Of a stretch of 64,000 nt of DNA, positions 47,790-57,785 are shown piece by piece (the stretch's first letter is position 1; each line of letters starts with the position of its first letter). The translations under genes were made by a program, and so were the position numbers. The stretch is from the IMG/VR virus record IMGVR_UViG_3300042923_000241, positions 1 through 64,000 of that record. One strand, 5' to 3'. A model generated the notes under the pieces. The model was not told where the DNA came from. It saw nothing but the letters and a program-made list of their open reading frames with translations, and ran no database searches. The stretch is from a virus.

Positions 47790-48328
47790 TGGCTGAGTTA
47801 GACAACTACGGTTACGCGCTGAAACTAATTGAATCCTATATTGGCAAGCCGTTAACGGTGCAGACCGTTGTCGAACCAATGGTCAAAACAAACAAGAAGG
47901 GTATTGGAACGCTAAAAAACTTGCCTATTGTCGCAGTAACGGAAGTCAAAGGTATTCAACGCAGACAACAGACGCAATTCGGTTTCACCGCTAACAATGT
48001 GACCGAAACGACTATAGACCCGACAAGTCTGTACTTTGTTGATGAGTACGGTCATTTCATTGTCAATCTTGATACCGCCATTCTGACTCAGATATGGGGA
48101 GAACCAGACTTTTACAAAGTAAAATACACCTACGGGTTCGCCGCAATCCCTGACGAAATTGAAACTGTTGCGCGAATCATCGAATCCAACATCTTAAAGA
48201 AAGAAGAAATGGGCGGTCTAAACGGAGTCAAGCAGATTTCAACTCTTGACTTTAATGTGGCTCTGTTTGACGACAAACTCATTTCCAGCAACGAACTCAG
48301 CGTCTTGAATAAGTACAAGGGAGTGTAA
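47789..48328 (+). CDS. Head-tail adaptor
   Basis: IESYIG...VKYTYGF..IPDEI...L.KYK. Confidence 0.75.
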   Translation: MAELDNYGYALKLIESYIGKPLTVQTVVEPMVKTNKKGIGTLKNLPIVAVTEVKGIQRRQQTQFGFTANNVTETTIDPTSLYFVDEYGHFIVNLDTAILTQIWGEPDFYKVKYTYGFAAIPDEIETVARIIESNILKKEEMGGLNGVKQISTLDFNVALFDDKLISSNELSVLNKYKGV

Positions 48329-48331
48329 ACA

Positions 48332-48889
48332 ATGGCATTAGGCGGTTTTTTCCCGCAAGAAATCATTCAGATTCGCGGTAAACCGGATGAAAAAGCTGTT
48401 CCGTCAAGAGTGGCGAGAAGTTCAACAATCAGTACGATTAACAACAAAATGAATCTGCTTCTACAAAAAGGCACGTTAGTTGCCAATGGCGATGAGATAA
48501 CCTTCCGCGACGCTTTGTGGTACGCCACAGCACACTCTAAGACGTTCGTAGGGGAAAGTACGCAGATATATAAATGCAACGCCACTATGACGGTTGTGCG
48601 ACTTGTACCGAAGTACGTTGGAACGAATAAGGTTGGCGATCAAGAGTCAATTATATTGTCCAATGTGCCGATTAACCAATGGGACATTACTGGCAATGTC
48701 AAACAATTTGATTTGGGCTTGTTGCCCAGTACAGTAAAGAAACTCATGGTTGGCAAGGTTGACATTCGGATGAAAGATAGGTTGAAGTTTGATGGCAAAA
48801 ACTTTCAAGTTGACAACATCGACGACGGTAAGCTGGAAGGACTTTACGAAATCCAGATAAGCCAAGACAACCGTCCTACGGTGCTATAA
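48332..48889 (+). CDS. Head closure / neck protein
   Basis: Position; DRL.FDGK.FQV..ID. Confidence 0.65.
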   Translation: MALGGFFPQEIIQIRGKPDEKAVPSRVARSSTISTINNKMNLLLQKGTLVANGDEITFRDALWYATAHSKTFVGESTQIYKCNATMTVVRLVPKYVGTNKVGDQESIILSNVPINQWDITGNVKQFDLGLLPSTVKKLMVGKVDIRMKDRLKFDGKNFQVDNIDDGKLEGLYEIQISQDNRPTVL

Positions 48890-49497
48890 TGTCAAGCCCT
48901 AATGTAGTTATGGTCATTGACAAGTGGACACGCATTATCTGCGCTAGAGTTGAAGCGAAGTGGGCAAGCCACAGTCAGATTAAAGGGCAGAAAGAGATTG
49001 ACCAGTTTACTGCTGTTGTTGGCAATACGATTGTTGGCACGATTCGCGCTTCGGGAATGGCGGCATGGATTGAAGAATTCGGGAGTGGTCATTTGCTTGA
49101 CCGTGACAATCCCTATCTCGAAGCCTACAAGCGTTCTCCGATGTGGAATAAAGAGCGTGAGTATGAGGGCAATGAGTGGGTTGGCAGAGAAGCAGGGGCA
49201 ACTGTTTATCGTCCCGATGGCAGTACCGACACTTCGTCCGGCAAGGCGCACGTTCAAGTTAACCGGATGAACAATGCCAGTTATCGCGAAGATGGCGCAA
49301 GCGGTCAATACGGTTTGCACATGGAACATGACTTGAACCGTTCTGGCAATAATCCTGGCTATAAAGCAATTGAGCCGATGCACGTTATAAAATTTGAGGT
49401 TGAAGCGGCAATGCCTGATATGTTAGAAGACATTGGCAATGCGGTTGCACAAGACATATTGGAGTTGATTCCGCTTAAAATTGACATTTACGTTTAG
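48889..49497 (+). CDS. Tail completion protein (HK97 gp10-like)
   Basis: AWIEEFGSG motif and position. Confidence 0.65.
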   Translation: MSSPNVVMVIDKWTRIICARVEAKWASHSQIKGQKEIDQFTAVVGNTIVGTIRASGMAAWIEEFGSGHLLDRDNPYLEAYKRSPMWNKEREYEGNEWVGREAGATVYRPDGSTDTSSGKAHVQVNRMNNASYREDGASGQYGLHMEHDLNRSGNNPGYKAIEPMHVIKFEVEAAMPDMLEDIGNAVAQDILELIPLKIDIYV

Positions 49498-49515
49498 CGA
49501 GGTGGTGGTTTTTGA

Positions 49516-49929
49516 TTGAAAGACACGATTGATTTTCAAGATGAACTGTTCGACTTGTTCCGCTTCGACACAGAATTGTGTTCGCTGTTGCCGGTTCTTG
49601 ATTCCGCAAATATTGAGGAATGTGACACAAAGATAAAGCGCATCATTCAAGACCCGACAATTATAACGGCAGACGGATTGCCGTTTTTTGATTTCACCTT
49701 CACTGATGCGATAGCAACAGGAAATTACAAAGTCAATAAGGGATATTTGGAGTTTAATATCTACGCAGGTTCGAGGTATATTGCTGCGAATCAAATCGCC
49801 AAGGCAATTGACAGAATCATAAAGGCCAATTACGAAGGATTGCAAAAGTTTGGCCCGATTCAGGTTGGTTGCCCTGTCAAAGATATATTGCAGTTTCGGG
49901 TAATTTATAAACCACTTGTCGCCAGTTAG
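49516..49929 (+). CDS. Tail terminator protein
   Basis: Position before tail tube; size. Confidence 0.6.
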   Translation: MKDTIDFQDELFDLFRFDTELCSLLPVLDSANIEECDTKIKRIIQDPTIITADGLPFFDFTFTDAIATGNYKVNKGYLEFNIYAGSRYIAANQIAKAIDRIIKANYEGLQKFGPIQVGCPVKDILQFRVIYKPLVAS

Positions 49930-49968
49930 GGCGGCTTTTTTATTTTAGTTTGAAAGGATGATGTTTGA

Positions 49969-50733
49969 ATGGATTTGATTTTTCACGGTGTAGGCGAAAG
50001 CGTACTAAAGTTTAATGACGGCTCTTTTGTTGTTATTGACTCAGCGCAAGACCTGTCTATCGCTTCTAGTGCGACGACTGTTGAGGTTGAGGGTGGTGAC
50101 AGTCTTTACGCTCTAGCAGATTTTGTTAGTAAGAAATCGGACAAATTAACGATTACAAATGCCGTTCTAAATTTGGAAACCATTAAAGCGCAAACCGGCG
50201 CAGAAATTACTGCTGGCTCGGAAGTGCTATTTAACGACAAAAAGACGATTGCGACAGGCGCGTGTACGCTTAGTCAAACGACAGGAGTTATTGTTGATAG
50301 CGTTGCAGCACAAGTTGTCAATGCTAACGGAACTAAAACGCCATTGGTTAATCTTGGTGCAACCGGAACGCCTACTGCTACACAATTTACCGTTACTGCG
50401 GCAGGCGTAGTTGCGGTAGACACAACTCTTAACGACAAAGTAGTTGAGTTTTCCGGTTATTACACCGATGCAAACGGACAAGTTGCCAAGTTGCTTGAAA
50501 CCACACTACCGAAGGTTTGTGAATTCCGTCATACCCTTTTGTCTGAGGAAAGCAATGAAGATGGCAAACAATATCGCATTGACGTTCGCGCCTTCAAGTG
50601 CAAACCTAGCGGTGCATTTACCTATGACGCAAAGAAAGGCACAGCATATGCGCCTAAATTGGAGTTCTCGATTCTGAATCCGAAACGGACTGACAAGCGA
50701 GTTTTGGACTACAACGTGACTGTTGTTGAGTAA
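49969..50733 (+). CDS. Major tail (tube) protein
   Basis: Position and beta-rich Thr/Val/Ala composition; no sheath gene. Confidence 0.75.
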   Translation: MDLIFHGVGESVLKFNDGSFVVIDSAQDLSIASSATTVEVEGGDSLYALADFVSKKSDKLTITNAVLNLETIKAQTGAEITAGSEVLFNDKKTIATGACTLSQTTGVIVDSVAAQVVNANGTKTPLVNLGATGTPTATQFTVTAAGVVAVDTTLNDKVVEFSGYYTDANGQVAKLLETTLPKVCEFRHTLLSEESNEDGKQYRIDVRAFKCKPSGAFTYDAKKGTAYAPKLEFSILNPKRTDKRVLDYNVTVVE

Positions 50734-50791
50734 TTAACTGAATGGCCCTGCTCTTAATTGGGCAGGGCATTATTTTTAGGGAGGTTAAATA

Positions 50792-51160
50792 ATGTCAGAC
50801 CCCTACATGATTACAGACAATGAAATTCTTGGCAGAGACGAGAAGATGCACGAAGTCAAGCCGATGCTACTGAAATATACCGATAAGGTTATTTCGTTGT
50901 CAAAGAGACTTGTTCGTGACGACGTGATGTTTGCTAATATCATGCCGCCAAAGTATGAAAACGGCTTGCCTGTTATTGACGGAAAGGGTGATATTGTCAC
51001 AGACAAAGAGCCGTATAAGGCGATGATTGGTCTGCTTGAAATCGCCACTAACGAGAGGAAAACACAAATTGAAGAATGGTGCGATTTGGCGATAGCACAG
51101 GAAATTCTTGATCGGTTTTATTGTATTAGTAACCTAAAAAAAAACATGAAGGAAAAGTAG
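50792..51160 (+). CDS. Tail assembly chaperone (with -1 frameshift extension to 51363)
   Basis: A9C slippery run at 51136-51145; the -1 frame is open to the TAG at 51363. Confidence 0.8.
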   Translation: MSDPYMITDNEILGRDEKMHEVKPMLLKYTDKVISLSKRLVRDDVMFANIMPPKYENGLPVIDGKGDIVTDKEPYKAMIGLLEIATNERKTQIEEWCDLAIAQEILDRFYCISNLKKNMKEK

Positions 51161-51408
51161 AACCGCCAGACCTGTCTAAGATAAGGGCGTGGTTCGCAGA
51201 AAATACAAGCATTGACCCTAAAAGACTGATGAATGAATATACCGTGGCAGAAGTTGAGGACTTAATGAAAGGTTTTGAGTCAAACAACAAGCAGTCCAAT
51301 TCTTCCGGCAAAGCGTTAGATGGTAAAGATGCCATTAATGTCTTAATAAACAAGAAACTCTAGGCGGTATACCGCCTTTTTACTTTGTAAATAACGGGCG
51401 GTGATTAA

Positions 51409-54400
51409 GTGTCCGATGAAAACAAGAATATACAGATAAACCTAGCACTCAACAATGGAGAAAAAATACCGACTCTGTTAAGACAATTGCAACAGGTCAA
51501 GCAATTAGCAGATACGGCGTTTCAAAAAGCATCACAAGGCAACGTCGAATCCGCAAAAAGTTTAGAACGGTTAAACGGAATTTATGACAAGCTAGTCAGT
51601 AAAATCCAACAGTACAACAGCGCATTGACCGCAGGTACAGGTAATGACAAATGGCTTAACAGTCAGTTGAAGGCAATGGAAACGCAAGAACGACTGTTAG
51701 AACGCCAAAAGAAATTAGCCGAAAGTTGGAAATACGATAGCACACCAAAGGGCGACCAATTAGAGTTTGGTGGCCCTGTTAAGCAAAAAGGTTATGCCAA
51801 TCCTGAGTTTGTCGCGCAGATGAAAGAGCAATTTGCGGCACGACAGGCTATACAAGAAGCACAAGAGAGAACGGCAATTGATTCAAACAGACGGATAGCA
51901 CAAGCTGAAGCAAACAGGATAAAAGAAACGACAAGTCTATTGCGAAAACAGATGGAAGAATCGGCAACGGCGAATCTATTCCGGTCTTATTCGTCGCAAT
52001 TATCCGGTATACGAAGTGAAGCGCAGAAGTATTTCCAGCTTATTCAATCCGGTACAGGCGATGTTGAAGCACATAAACGCAAATACGCCGAACTGAAGAC
52101 AAGTGCAGAAGGCGTATTTAGCACTATGAACAGGTTCAATAGAGACTTTGGACAACTCGACAGAAGAATATTCAGCATGTCGGAGAGTTTGAATTACTAT
52201 TTTGCGAAAGCACGCAGTCACCTTTCTTGGATTGCATCAGGCGCAATAATCGCAGGACTAATCGCCGTTCCTGTTCAAATCAGTCACATCACCAAAGAAA
52301 CAGAAACTTTAGGGTTGAAAATCAAGCAAAACCTTGAATTGATGGACAAATACAAGGACAGTCACGGCGCATTAGAATCAGACGTAAAGCATCTGTCTGA
52401 CGTTGCTGGCGTGTTTGCTGTCGGTTATCAGACAAACGTTACTGATGTCATGGAAATGATGCAGATTCTTTCTAGACGTTTTAAATCGCCGGAAGAATTA
52501 ACATACTATACGAACATGGCATTGATTATGCACAAATTAGACTTCGTTGCGCCTAAAAAAGCAGCAGAGGACTTGGAAGCAGTCATTTTGTCTATGGGGC
52601 TCGACTTCAAGCAAGCAAGGCTTTTTATCGACCAGTTTAGCGTAGCTGTTCACTCTGCTCGTATTACAGGAACCGACCTTTTGTCTGGTTTGCAACGTTC
52701 TGGCGCGACAATGAAGAACATGAATCTCAATACCGCAGAAGCTATTGCGATGATTTCTACATTGTCAACCGTTACTGCTAAAGCGGGGCCGAACATCGGC
52801 GCGGCATTAAACTCCGTATTGGTAAACATCGACTTCAAGAAAGCGGCGCAAGCATTAAAGGCGTACAGCATTGAGGTCTACGACGCAAACGGAAACATGA
52901 ACAAAGGCGTTGAAATCTGGCGCGAAATAGCAAGAGTCTTTAATGGACTTCCTGATAATAAAGCCAATGAGTTTGCGAACGCAATGAGTGGTGGTAAGTT
53001 CAGGGCAAACGACATGAGGGCGTTGCTGGATAATTGGAATGAGTTTGAAAAAATACTCACGAATATTAACGAAAAAGCGTCGCCGGAATTAACATCAAAA
53101 CTCTTGCAGACAGCAATGGAATCTTACCAAAACGCATTAAACAAAGCGTCTGCATCGCTTCAAATACTTGGAATGACACTCGGTAACGAAGCGTTGCCCG
53201 CATTGAAAGAAATGACCAACGGCTTAACGGAAGGCGTACAGTGGCTAACCAAGCACAGAGAAGAAGTATCGAAGGCAATGGAAGCTATTTGGCTAATCAG
53301 TAAAGCATTAGTTGCTTACAAGACATATCAGTTCCTAGCGAACACGCAAGCCGGTAACTTTGCTGGCAGAATGATGGGCATTGTTAGCACATCGGCAACG
53401 TTTACTGGCGCAGTAACGTCAATTGGCAGGTCGTTCCTTGGCATTCTGCCTGCGATTGCATTAGCAAGTGCTAAACTGGCTATTTTCTTAGCGTTGGCAG
53501 AAGCAGCAAGCAAAATCGGCAGCAAACTGTCACAGAACAATCAAGAAAAAGAGTTTCTTGAAAGCGTCCAGGGCGCAGGTTCACGCGATGCTGGTGGTGG
53601 CAGAGAGTTAACGGCAGAAGAAAAAGAAGTTATCGAAGCTATTGACGCTAGAAACGCATTTACTAATAATGTTGACTTTACTCCTTCTTGGGAAGACAAG
53701 GGAAAAACATTTGAAAGATTAGACAAGAAGGTTGCAGAGAAACTTCAAAAAGTGCAGATGAGCAGAAGTCTTGACGGTGTAAATGCGCTGGTAGAAGCGG
53801 CTGCGAAGAAAATGTCTGACAAGCCTGTTGATATTCAAAAGCTAACCGACCAAGTGACAGGACAAGACATCGGCGGCGGCGGCGGCAAAGGCCCTGCCAA
53901 TCCTCCTGACCCCGCTGTTATGACTCGTAAGCGTGACCAATTTGCACTTCAACAGCAGTACAACGAACTACAAAATCAGTCCAAAATATCGAACCTGCAA
54001 TATACAGATTCGCTTGAACGGTTATCGATGGTTGAAGACATCTACGGCAAGACCGTTGCAACCAACACAGCAAGAATTGACTTGCGGAATTACCGCGTAG
54101 GTCAACTAGGCACACAATACCGTAATGCAGAAGATATGTTGAAATCGTTTGAGGAACAGCTTGATACGGCAATAGCTAAGGACAAAGACTTATCGGCTCA
54201 GATGAAGCAAGTCTATGTTGATTGGGACAATATGTCTAAGGCGCAGAAGTATGAAGCCGTCAAAGACAATAACGACCTAAAAGGCAATTATACGCTGATG
54301 AAGTGGCTAATTGACAAAGTTGGCGAATTAAAAGTCAAACTAGCCGAGTTAAAGGGTGAAACAAATAAGGTTGCTAACGAGAATATCAAATTGGCGACCT

Positions 54401-55425
54401 CTGGCTATTTTAGCAGAGAACAGACATACAACCGCAATCTTGAAGCATCCAACCGAAACACAAGCCACGCAACAGCAATGGCGACTAACGAGTACGATCC
54501 ATATAACGACAAACAGTTGCTTGCGATACGGATACAAGGCGCAAAGGCGAATCAAAAGCTATACGATGCTGAGTTGTTGGGGCTAAAGGCTGAATTTGAA
54601 GCGGCTAAGAAGGCTTACGACGACGAGGGCGATTTTAAGGTTAAACAGTCTCTATTGTTTCAAGTCGAGCAAACACAGCTTGCTTACGATAAACAGAGAC
54701 AAATAGTTGAACGCACGACCAAGGAGATTGCCGATTTAGAACAATCGAAAAACGACAAGATCAATAGCGGAATGGCTGGCATTGTTAGTGATTTGGCTAT
54801 TCAAGGTAATTCACTGAAAGATATTTGGAAAAACTTGTGGTCAGGACTTGCTCAAGAAGCTATTAATCAACTTTTTAGAATTAAAGGCGCACAGTCTAGT
54901 GTTCTTGGTAATTTGCTCGGCTTTGGTGGTGAAAGTTCTGCCACAAAAGGTCTTTCCGACTACGTTGCTATGCCAACTTTTGGCAGTAGTATCCCTCAAT
55001 TTGCTACAGGTGGTAGAAATAGCAAAGAAACCATTGCGCATATTAGCGAAGGAGATAAAGCAGAATGGATTATCCCAACAGCCGACAAACAGCGCGGGCG
55101 ACAACTCTGGCTACAGGCTGGCGACGAACTGGGCATGACTACAGAAAGAGTTCCTTACTTGAAAGACCCTGACTTGGCTCAAAAATTCTCATCTGGCGGT
55201 GAAGGGTTGTCAAGTACCGCACATCTGGCTAAACTTGACACGCAAAACGCCTTAATGCTACAGCAAAATCAGATGCTGGCGGCAATCGCAAATAACAGTC
55301 AAGGCGGCGGTAATGTCGCCGTTTTGCAAGTACAAGCAAGCGACGAACAGATTTTAGCCGCAATCAAGCGTAATCCGCAAGTACTAGCAGGACTAATGCG
55401 GCAGGCACAGTCTGGCAGAATGTAA
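51409..55425 (+). CDS. Tape measure protein (TP901-type core)
   Basis: 1338 aa, helical Ala-rich; L..GLQRSG, IG.ALNS, FATGG motifs. Confidence 0.93.
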   Translation: MSDENKNIQINLALNNGEKIPTLLRQLQQVKQLADTAFQKASQGNVESAKSLERLNGIYDKLVSKIQQYNSALTAGTGNDKWLNSQLKAMETQERLLERQKKLAESWKYDSTPKGDQLEFGGPVKQKGYANPEFVAQMKEQFAARQAIQEAQERTAIDSNRRIAQAEANRIKETTSLLRKQMEESATANLFRSYSSQLSGIRSEAQKYFQLIQSGTGDVEAHKRKYAELKTSAEGVFSTMNRFNRDFGQLDRRIFSMSESLNYYFAKARSHLSWIASGAIIAGLIAVPVQISHITKETETLGLKIKQNLELMDKYKDSHGALESDVKHLSDVAGVFAVGYQTNVTDVMEMMQILSRRFKSPEELTYYTNMALIMHKLDFVAPKKAAEDLEAVILSMGLDFKQARLFIDQFSVAVHSARITGTDLLSGLQRSGATMKNMNLNTAEAIAMISTLSTVTAKAGPNIGAALNSVLVNIDFKKAAQALKAYSIEVYDANGNMNKGVEIWREIARVFNGLPDNKANEFANAMSGGKFRANDMRALLDNWNEFEKILTNINEKASPELTSKLLQTAMESYQNALNKASASLQILGMTLGNEALPALKEMTNGLTEGVQWLTKHREEVSKAMEAIWLISKALVAYKTYQFLANTQAGNFAGRMMGIVSTSATFTGAVTSIGRSFLGILPAIALASAKLAIFLALAEAASKIGSKLSQNNQEKEFLESVQGAGSRDAGGGRELTAEEKEVIEAIDARNAFTNNVDFTPSWEDKGKTFERLDKKVAEKLQKVQMSRSLDGVNALVEAAAKKMSDKPVDIQKLTDQVTGQDIGGGGGKGPANPPDPAVMTRKRDQFALQQQYNELQNQSKISNLQYTDSLERLSMVEDIYGKTVATNTARIDLRNYRVGQLGTQYRNAEDMLKSFEEQLDTAIAKDKDLSAQMKQVYVDWDNMSKAQKYEAVKDNNDLKGNYTLMKWLIDKVGELKVKLAELKGETNKVANENIKLATSGYFSREQTYNRNLEASNRNTSHATAMATNEYDPYNDKQLLAIRIQGAKANQKLYDAELLGLKAEFEAAKKAYDDEGDFKVKQSLLFQVEQTQLAYDKQRQIVERTTKEIADLEQSKNDKINSGMAGIVSDLAIQGNSLKDIWKNLWSGLAQEAINQLFRIKGAQSSVLGNLLGFGGESSATKGLSDYVAMPTFGSSIPQFATGGRNSKETIAHISEGDKAEWIIPTADKQRGRQLWLQAGDELGMTTERVPYLKDPDLAQKFSSGGEGLSSTAHLAKLDTQNALMLQQNQMLAAIANNSQGGGNVAVLQVQASDEQILAAIKRNPQVLAGLMRQAQSGRM

Positions 55426-55436
55426 AAAAGGAAGGC

Positions 55437-55820
55437 TTATTTGCCTTCCTTTTGTTGTACCAACTCTAAAATCTTGTCAACATACGAGTTGTTATCATAT
55501 CCAATGAAGTTCGACGTTATTAGCGGATTGTTGAAGACTGTTTTATTTCCGTTTGCGTCAATCGATTCGTAGTATGTCATACAATAGTTTTTGGAGTCTT
55601 TATCAATATACCAAACAATTTTCTTGTATGGATTGCCATTCTTTTCGGTGATTATTGTTCCTTTAGCCATATCCCAATGCTTTACCTGTATAGACCTAAC
55701 CGTGTTTGTATCTATATATGTGACGAGTCCTTTATTATCGGTGTCAACGACAACTTTTTCTGCAAACGCCACATTCCCAATCAGCAACATGACTGCCAAA
55801 ACCAACAAAATCTTTCTCAA
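55437..55820 (-). CDS. Secreted/periplasmic moron protein
   Basis: Opposite strand within the tail operon; signal peptide ending AFA; YID.NTV motif. Confidence 0.75.
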   Translation of the reverse strand: MRKILLVLAVMLLIGNVAFAEKVVVDTDNKGLVTYIDTNTVRSIQVKHWDMAKGTIITEKNGNPYKKIVWYIDKDSKNYCMTYYESIDANGNKTVFNNPLITSNFIGYDNNSYVDKILELVQQKEGK

Positions 55821-55954
55821 AGCGTCCACCGTCCTTTCGCCTACAGTATAACCAAAATTATACAAGCTATGCAAGCAATATTTTACTTTTCTGATTAATT
55901 ATATGTTTTTTAACTGAATATGGCGATTGTCCTCTTGTTTTTGTTGGTAACCTA

Positions 55955-56000
55955 TTGACATGATTAGCTATGATGAGTTATAATTAATCATAGCTAATCA
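55955..56000 (+). promoter_or_regulatory. Sigma-A promoter with a 14-bp inverted-repeat operator
   Basis: TTGACA-N18-TATAAT; TGATTAGCTATGAT / ATCATAGCTAATCA flank the -10. Confidence 0.8.
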
Positions 56001-56013
56001 AAGGAGGTAGGTT

Positions 56014-56181
56014 ATGGATGAACTGTTAACCAAAAAAGACCTTTGCCAATGGCTTAAAATCAGTATTCCTACTGTTGATAGGTGGAGAGCTGAAGGTTTG
56101 CCGTTTAAGAAGGTTGGGCGGCAAGTTCGTTTTGAAAAGTCAGAAGTTGAATACTGGCTTGCAAAACAAAACAAAAAGTAA
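56014..56181 (+). CDS. Excisionase/AlpA-like HTH protein (55 aa; not in ORF track)
   Basis: MDELLTKKDLCQWLKISIPTVDRWRAEGLPFKKVGRQVRF; AGGAGG RBS. Confidence 0.85.
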   Translation: MDELLTKKDLCQWLKISIPTVDRWRAEGLPFKKVGRQVRFEKSEVEYWLAKQNKK

Positions 56182-56262
56182 GAGGACTTTCGCAACCCCT
56201 CCAAGAGTACCGAAAGTCCTCAACCAAAACCCTTCCGACAAGAGCTTGCTGCAGAAGGTGTT
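56170..56262 (-). ncRNA. Candidate antisense sRNA to the antirepressor leader
   Basis: Minus-strand promoter TTGCCG-N17-TACAAT (56297-56269) and terminator hairpin 56182-56221 with a U run. Confidence 0.55.
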
Positions 56263-56320
56263 TCCTTAATTGTAGCAGATTGCTCTCCTGTCGGCAAGAG
56301 GACAGAAGGAGAGGGAAATA

Positions 56321-57097
56321 TTGAGTAATTTAACATTGGTAAAATCAGAAAGTTTTGGTAATGTGCAATGTGATTTTTATAAGGACAGTAAAGATGTTTG
56401 GATGACGCGGCGGCAAATTGGTGACTCGCTTGAATATGAAGACGGCAACCAGGCAGTCAAGAACATTCACTTGCGCCACAAAGATCGACTTGATAAGTTT
56501 TCAAGGGTGGTTCAGATTGAGACCCCCTTCGGAAAACAATCAACTACGGTTTATTCAATGAAAGGCGTATACGAAATATGCCGTTGGAGTCAACAAGCGA
56601 AAGCCGATGCGTTTTATGATTGGGTTTATGAAACGCTAGAATCATTACGAAATGGCGAATCAAAAATAGTCAACATTGCCGAATACCGAAGAATGGAACT
56701 CGAAGCTAAACACAACAACTCATTGGCAAGAAGGGCAAATGCTCTTTTGAAGATCGAATCTAGATATAGTGACTTATTGTCGCCACAATCTAGGCAACTT
56801 ATTGTAGGTGAAGCGGTAACTGTTTTAACAGGGAAAGAGTTAATCGGTAAACCGCAGATTCCGATTACATACACGGCAACGGAGATTGGCAATATTGCTG
56901 GCGTATCTGCTAACATGATTGGTAGACTTTCGGAAACCCATAAGATAAAAACTGACGAATACGGCATATGGGTTCTTGATAAGTCGAAACACTCGTCAAA
57001 ACAGATTAGAAACTTCCTGTACAACGAAGCAGGTAAGAATAAGATTCTGAGTCTGGTCGGCAAGCGCAACAACCAATTGGCAGGAGGATTGCAATAA
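56321..57097 (+). CDS. BRO-N-domain antirepressor-like protein
   Basis: FGNVQCDFY...WMTRRQIG..LEY...GVYEICRWSQQ.KADAFYDWV; YTATEIG C-domain. Confidence 0.88.
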   Translation: MSNLTLVKSESFGNVQCDFYKDSKDVWMTRRQIGDSLEYEDGNQAVKNIHLRHKDRLDKFSRVVQIETPFGKQSTTVYSMKGVYEICRWSQQAKADAFYDWVYETLESLRNGESKIVNIAEYRRMELEAKHNNSLARRANALLKIESRYSDLLSPQSRQLIVGEAVTVLTGKELIGKPQIPITYTATEIGNIAGVSANMIGRLSETHKIKTDEYGIWVLDKSKHSSKQIRNFLYNEAGKNKILSLVGKRNNQLAGGLQ

Positions 57098-57270
57098 TGC
57101 GAGAAGCAATTAAGCAATACATAACAGACTTTTCAGCAGCTATACGGAATGACGACACTGCCGTTGATGAGTTTCGTCCCTGTGTCGACTTAGACTACAA
57201 TAAAGAGCAATGCGAAGGTTGCAAACTTTATGAAATTTGTGGACTGATAGCAGAAGACAACAACGGTTAG
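57097..57270 (+). CDS. 57-aa Cys4 protein (not in ORF track), paralog of 5280..5552
   Basis: GGAGG RBS, TAATG coupling; DEFRPCVDL...CEGCKLYEICGLIAE. Confidence 0.75.
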   Translation: MREAIKQYITDFSAAIRNDDTAVDEFRPCVDLDYNKEQCEGCKLYEICGLIAEDNNG

Positions 57271-57376
57271 CTTATTTTTTTTAGCATATTTGCTACTGAG
57301 GAAGCAAATTAAAAATCACAGTTTTAAGGATTCGGTTCAGCCGAGTCCTTTTTTCATGCCAGAAAGGAGGTATCAG

Positions 57377-57784
57377 ATGAAAGAAAACTTCGATCAGTTT
57401 ATCGGAATACCGTGGAAGTTTAATGGCAGGGATAAGGAAGGATTGGATTGTGTAGGGATGTGCGCCTATATCTACGATTATTTCGGTTGGAAGCAGACTT
57501 GGACTGATGGAAAGCCAATTGAGGAAGGTTGGTACAAAACTCAGCCGTTGAGAATGTTACTTTGGCTCAGAAGAAACTTTATACCGACTAAAGACAGAAA
57601 CCTTCTCAAAACTGGCGACATTCTTCTTTTCAAAATCTCTGGCGAACATCATCTAGGGGTATACGAAAAATATGGTCAGTTTATCACAATCATGCCGCCT
57701 TCTCATCGCGAGTTTGGCGGTACTTCTTTTCGCGCTAGGCTGAATCAGTACGAATCAGCAGTAGTCAGCTACTACAGGAGGTGA
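57377..57784 (+). CDS. NlpC/P60 tail assembly protein (lambda K-like)
   Basis: IGIPW..GRD..GLDC; GD.LLF; HLGVY. Confidence 0.85.
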   Translation: MKENFDQFIGIPWKFNGRDKEGLDCVGMCAYIYDYFGWKQTWTDGKPIEEGWYKTQPLRMLLWLRRNFIPTKDRNLLKTGDILLFKISGEHHLGVYEKYGQFITIMPPSHREFGGTSFRARLNQYESAVVSYYRR

Positions 57785-57785
57785 C

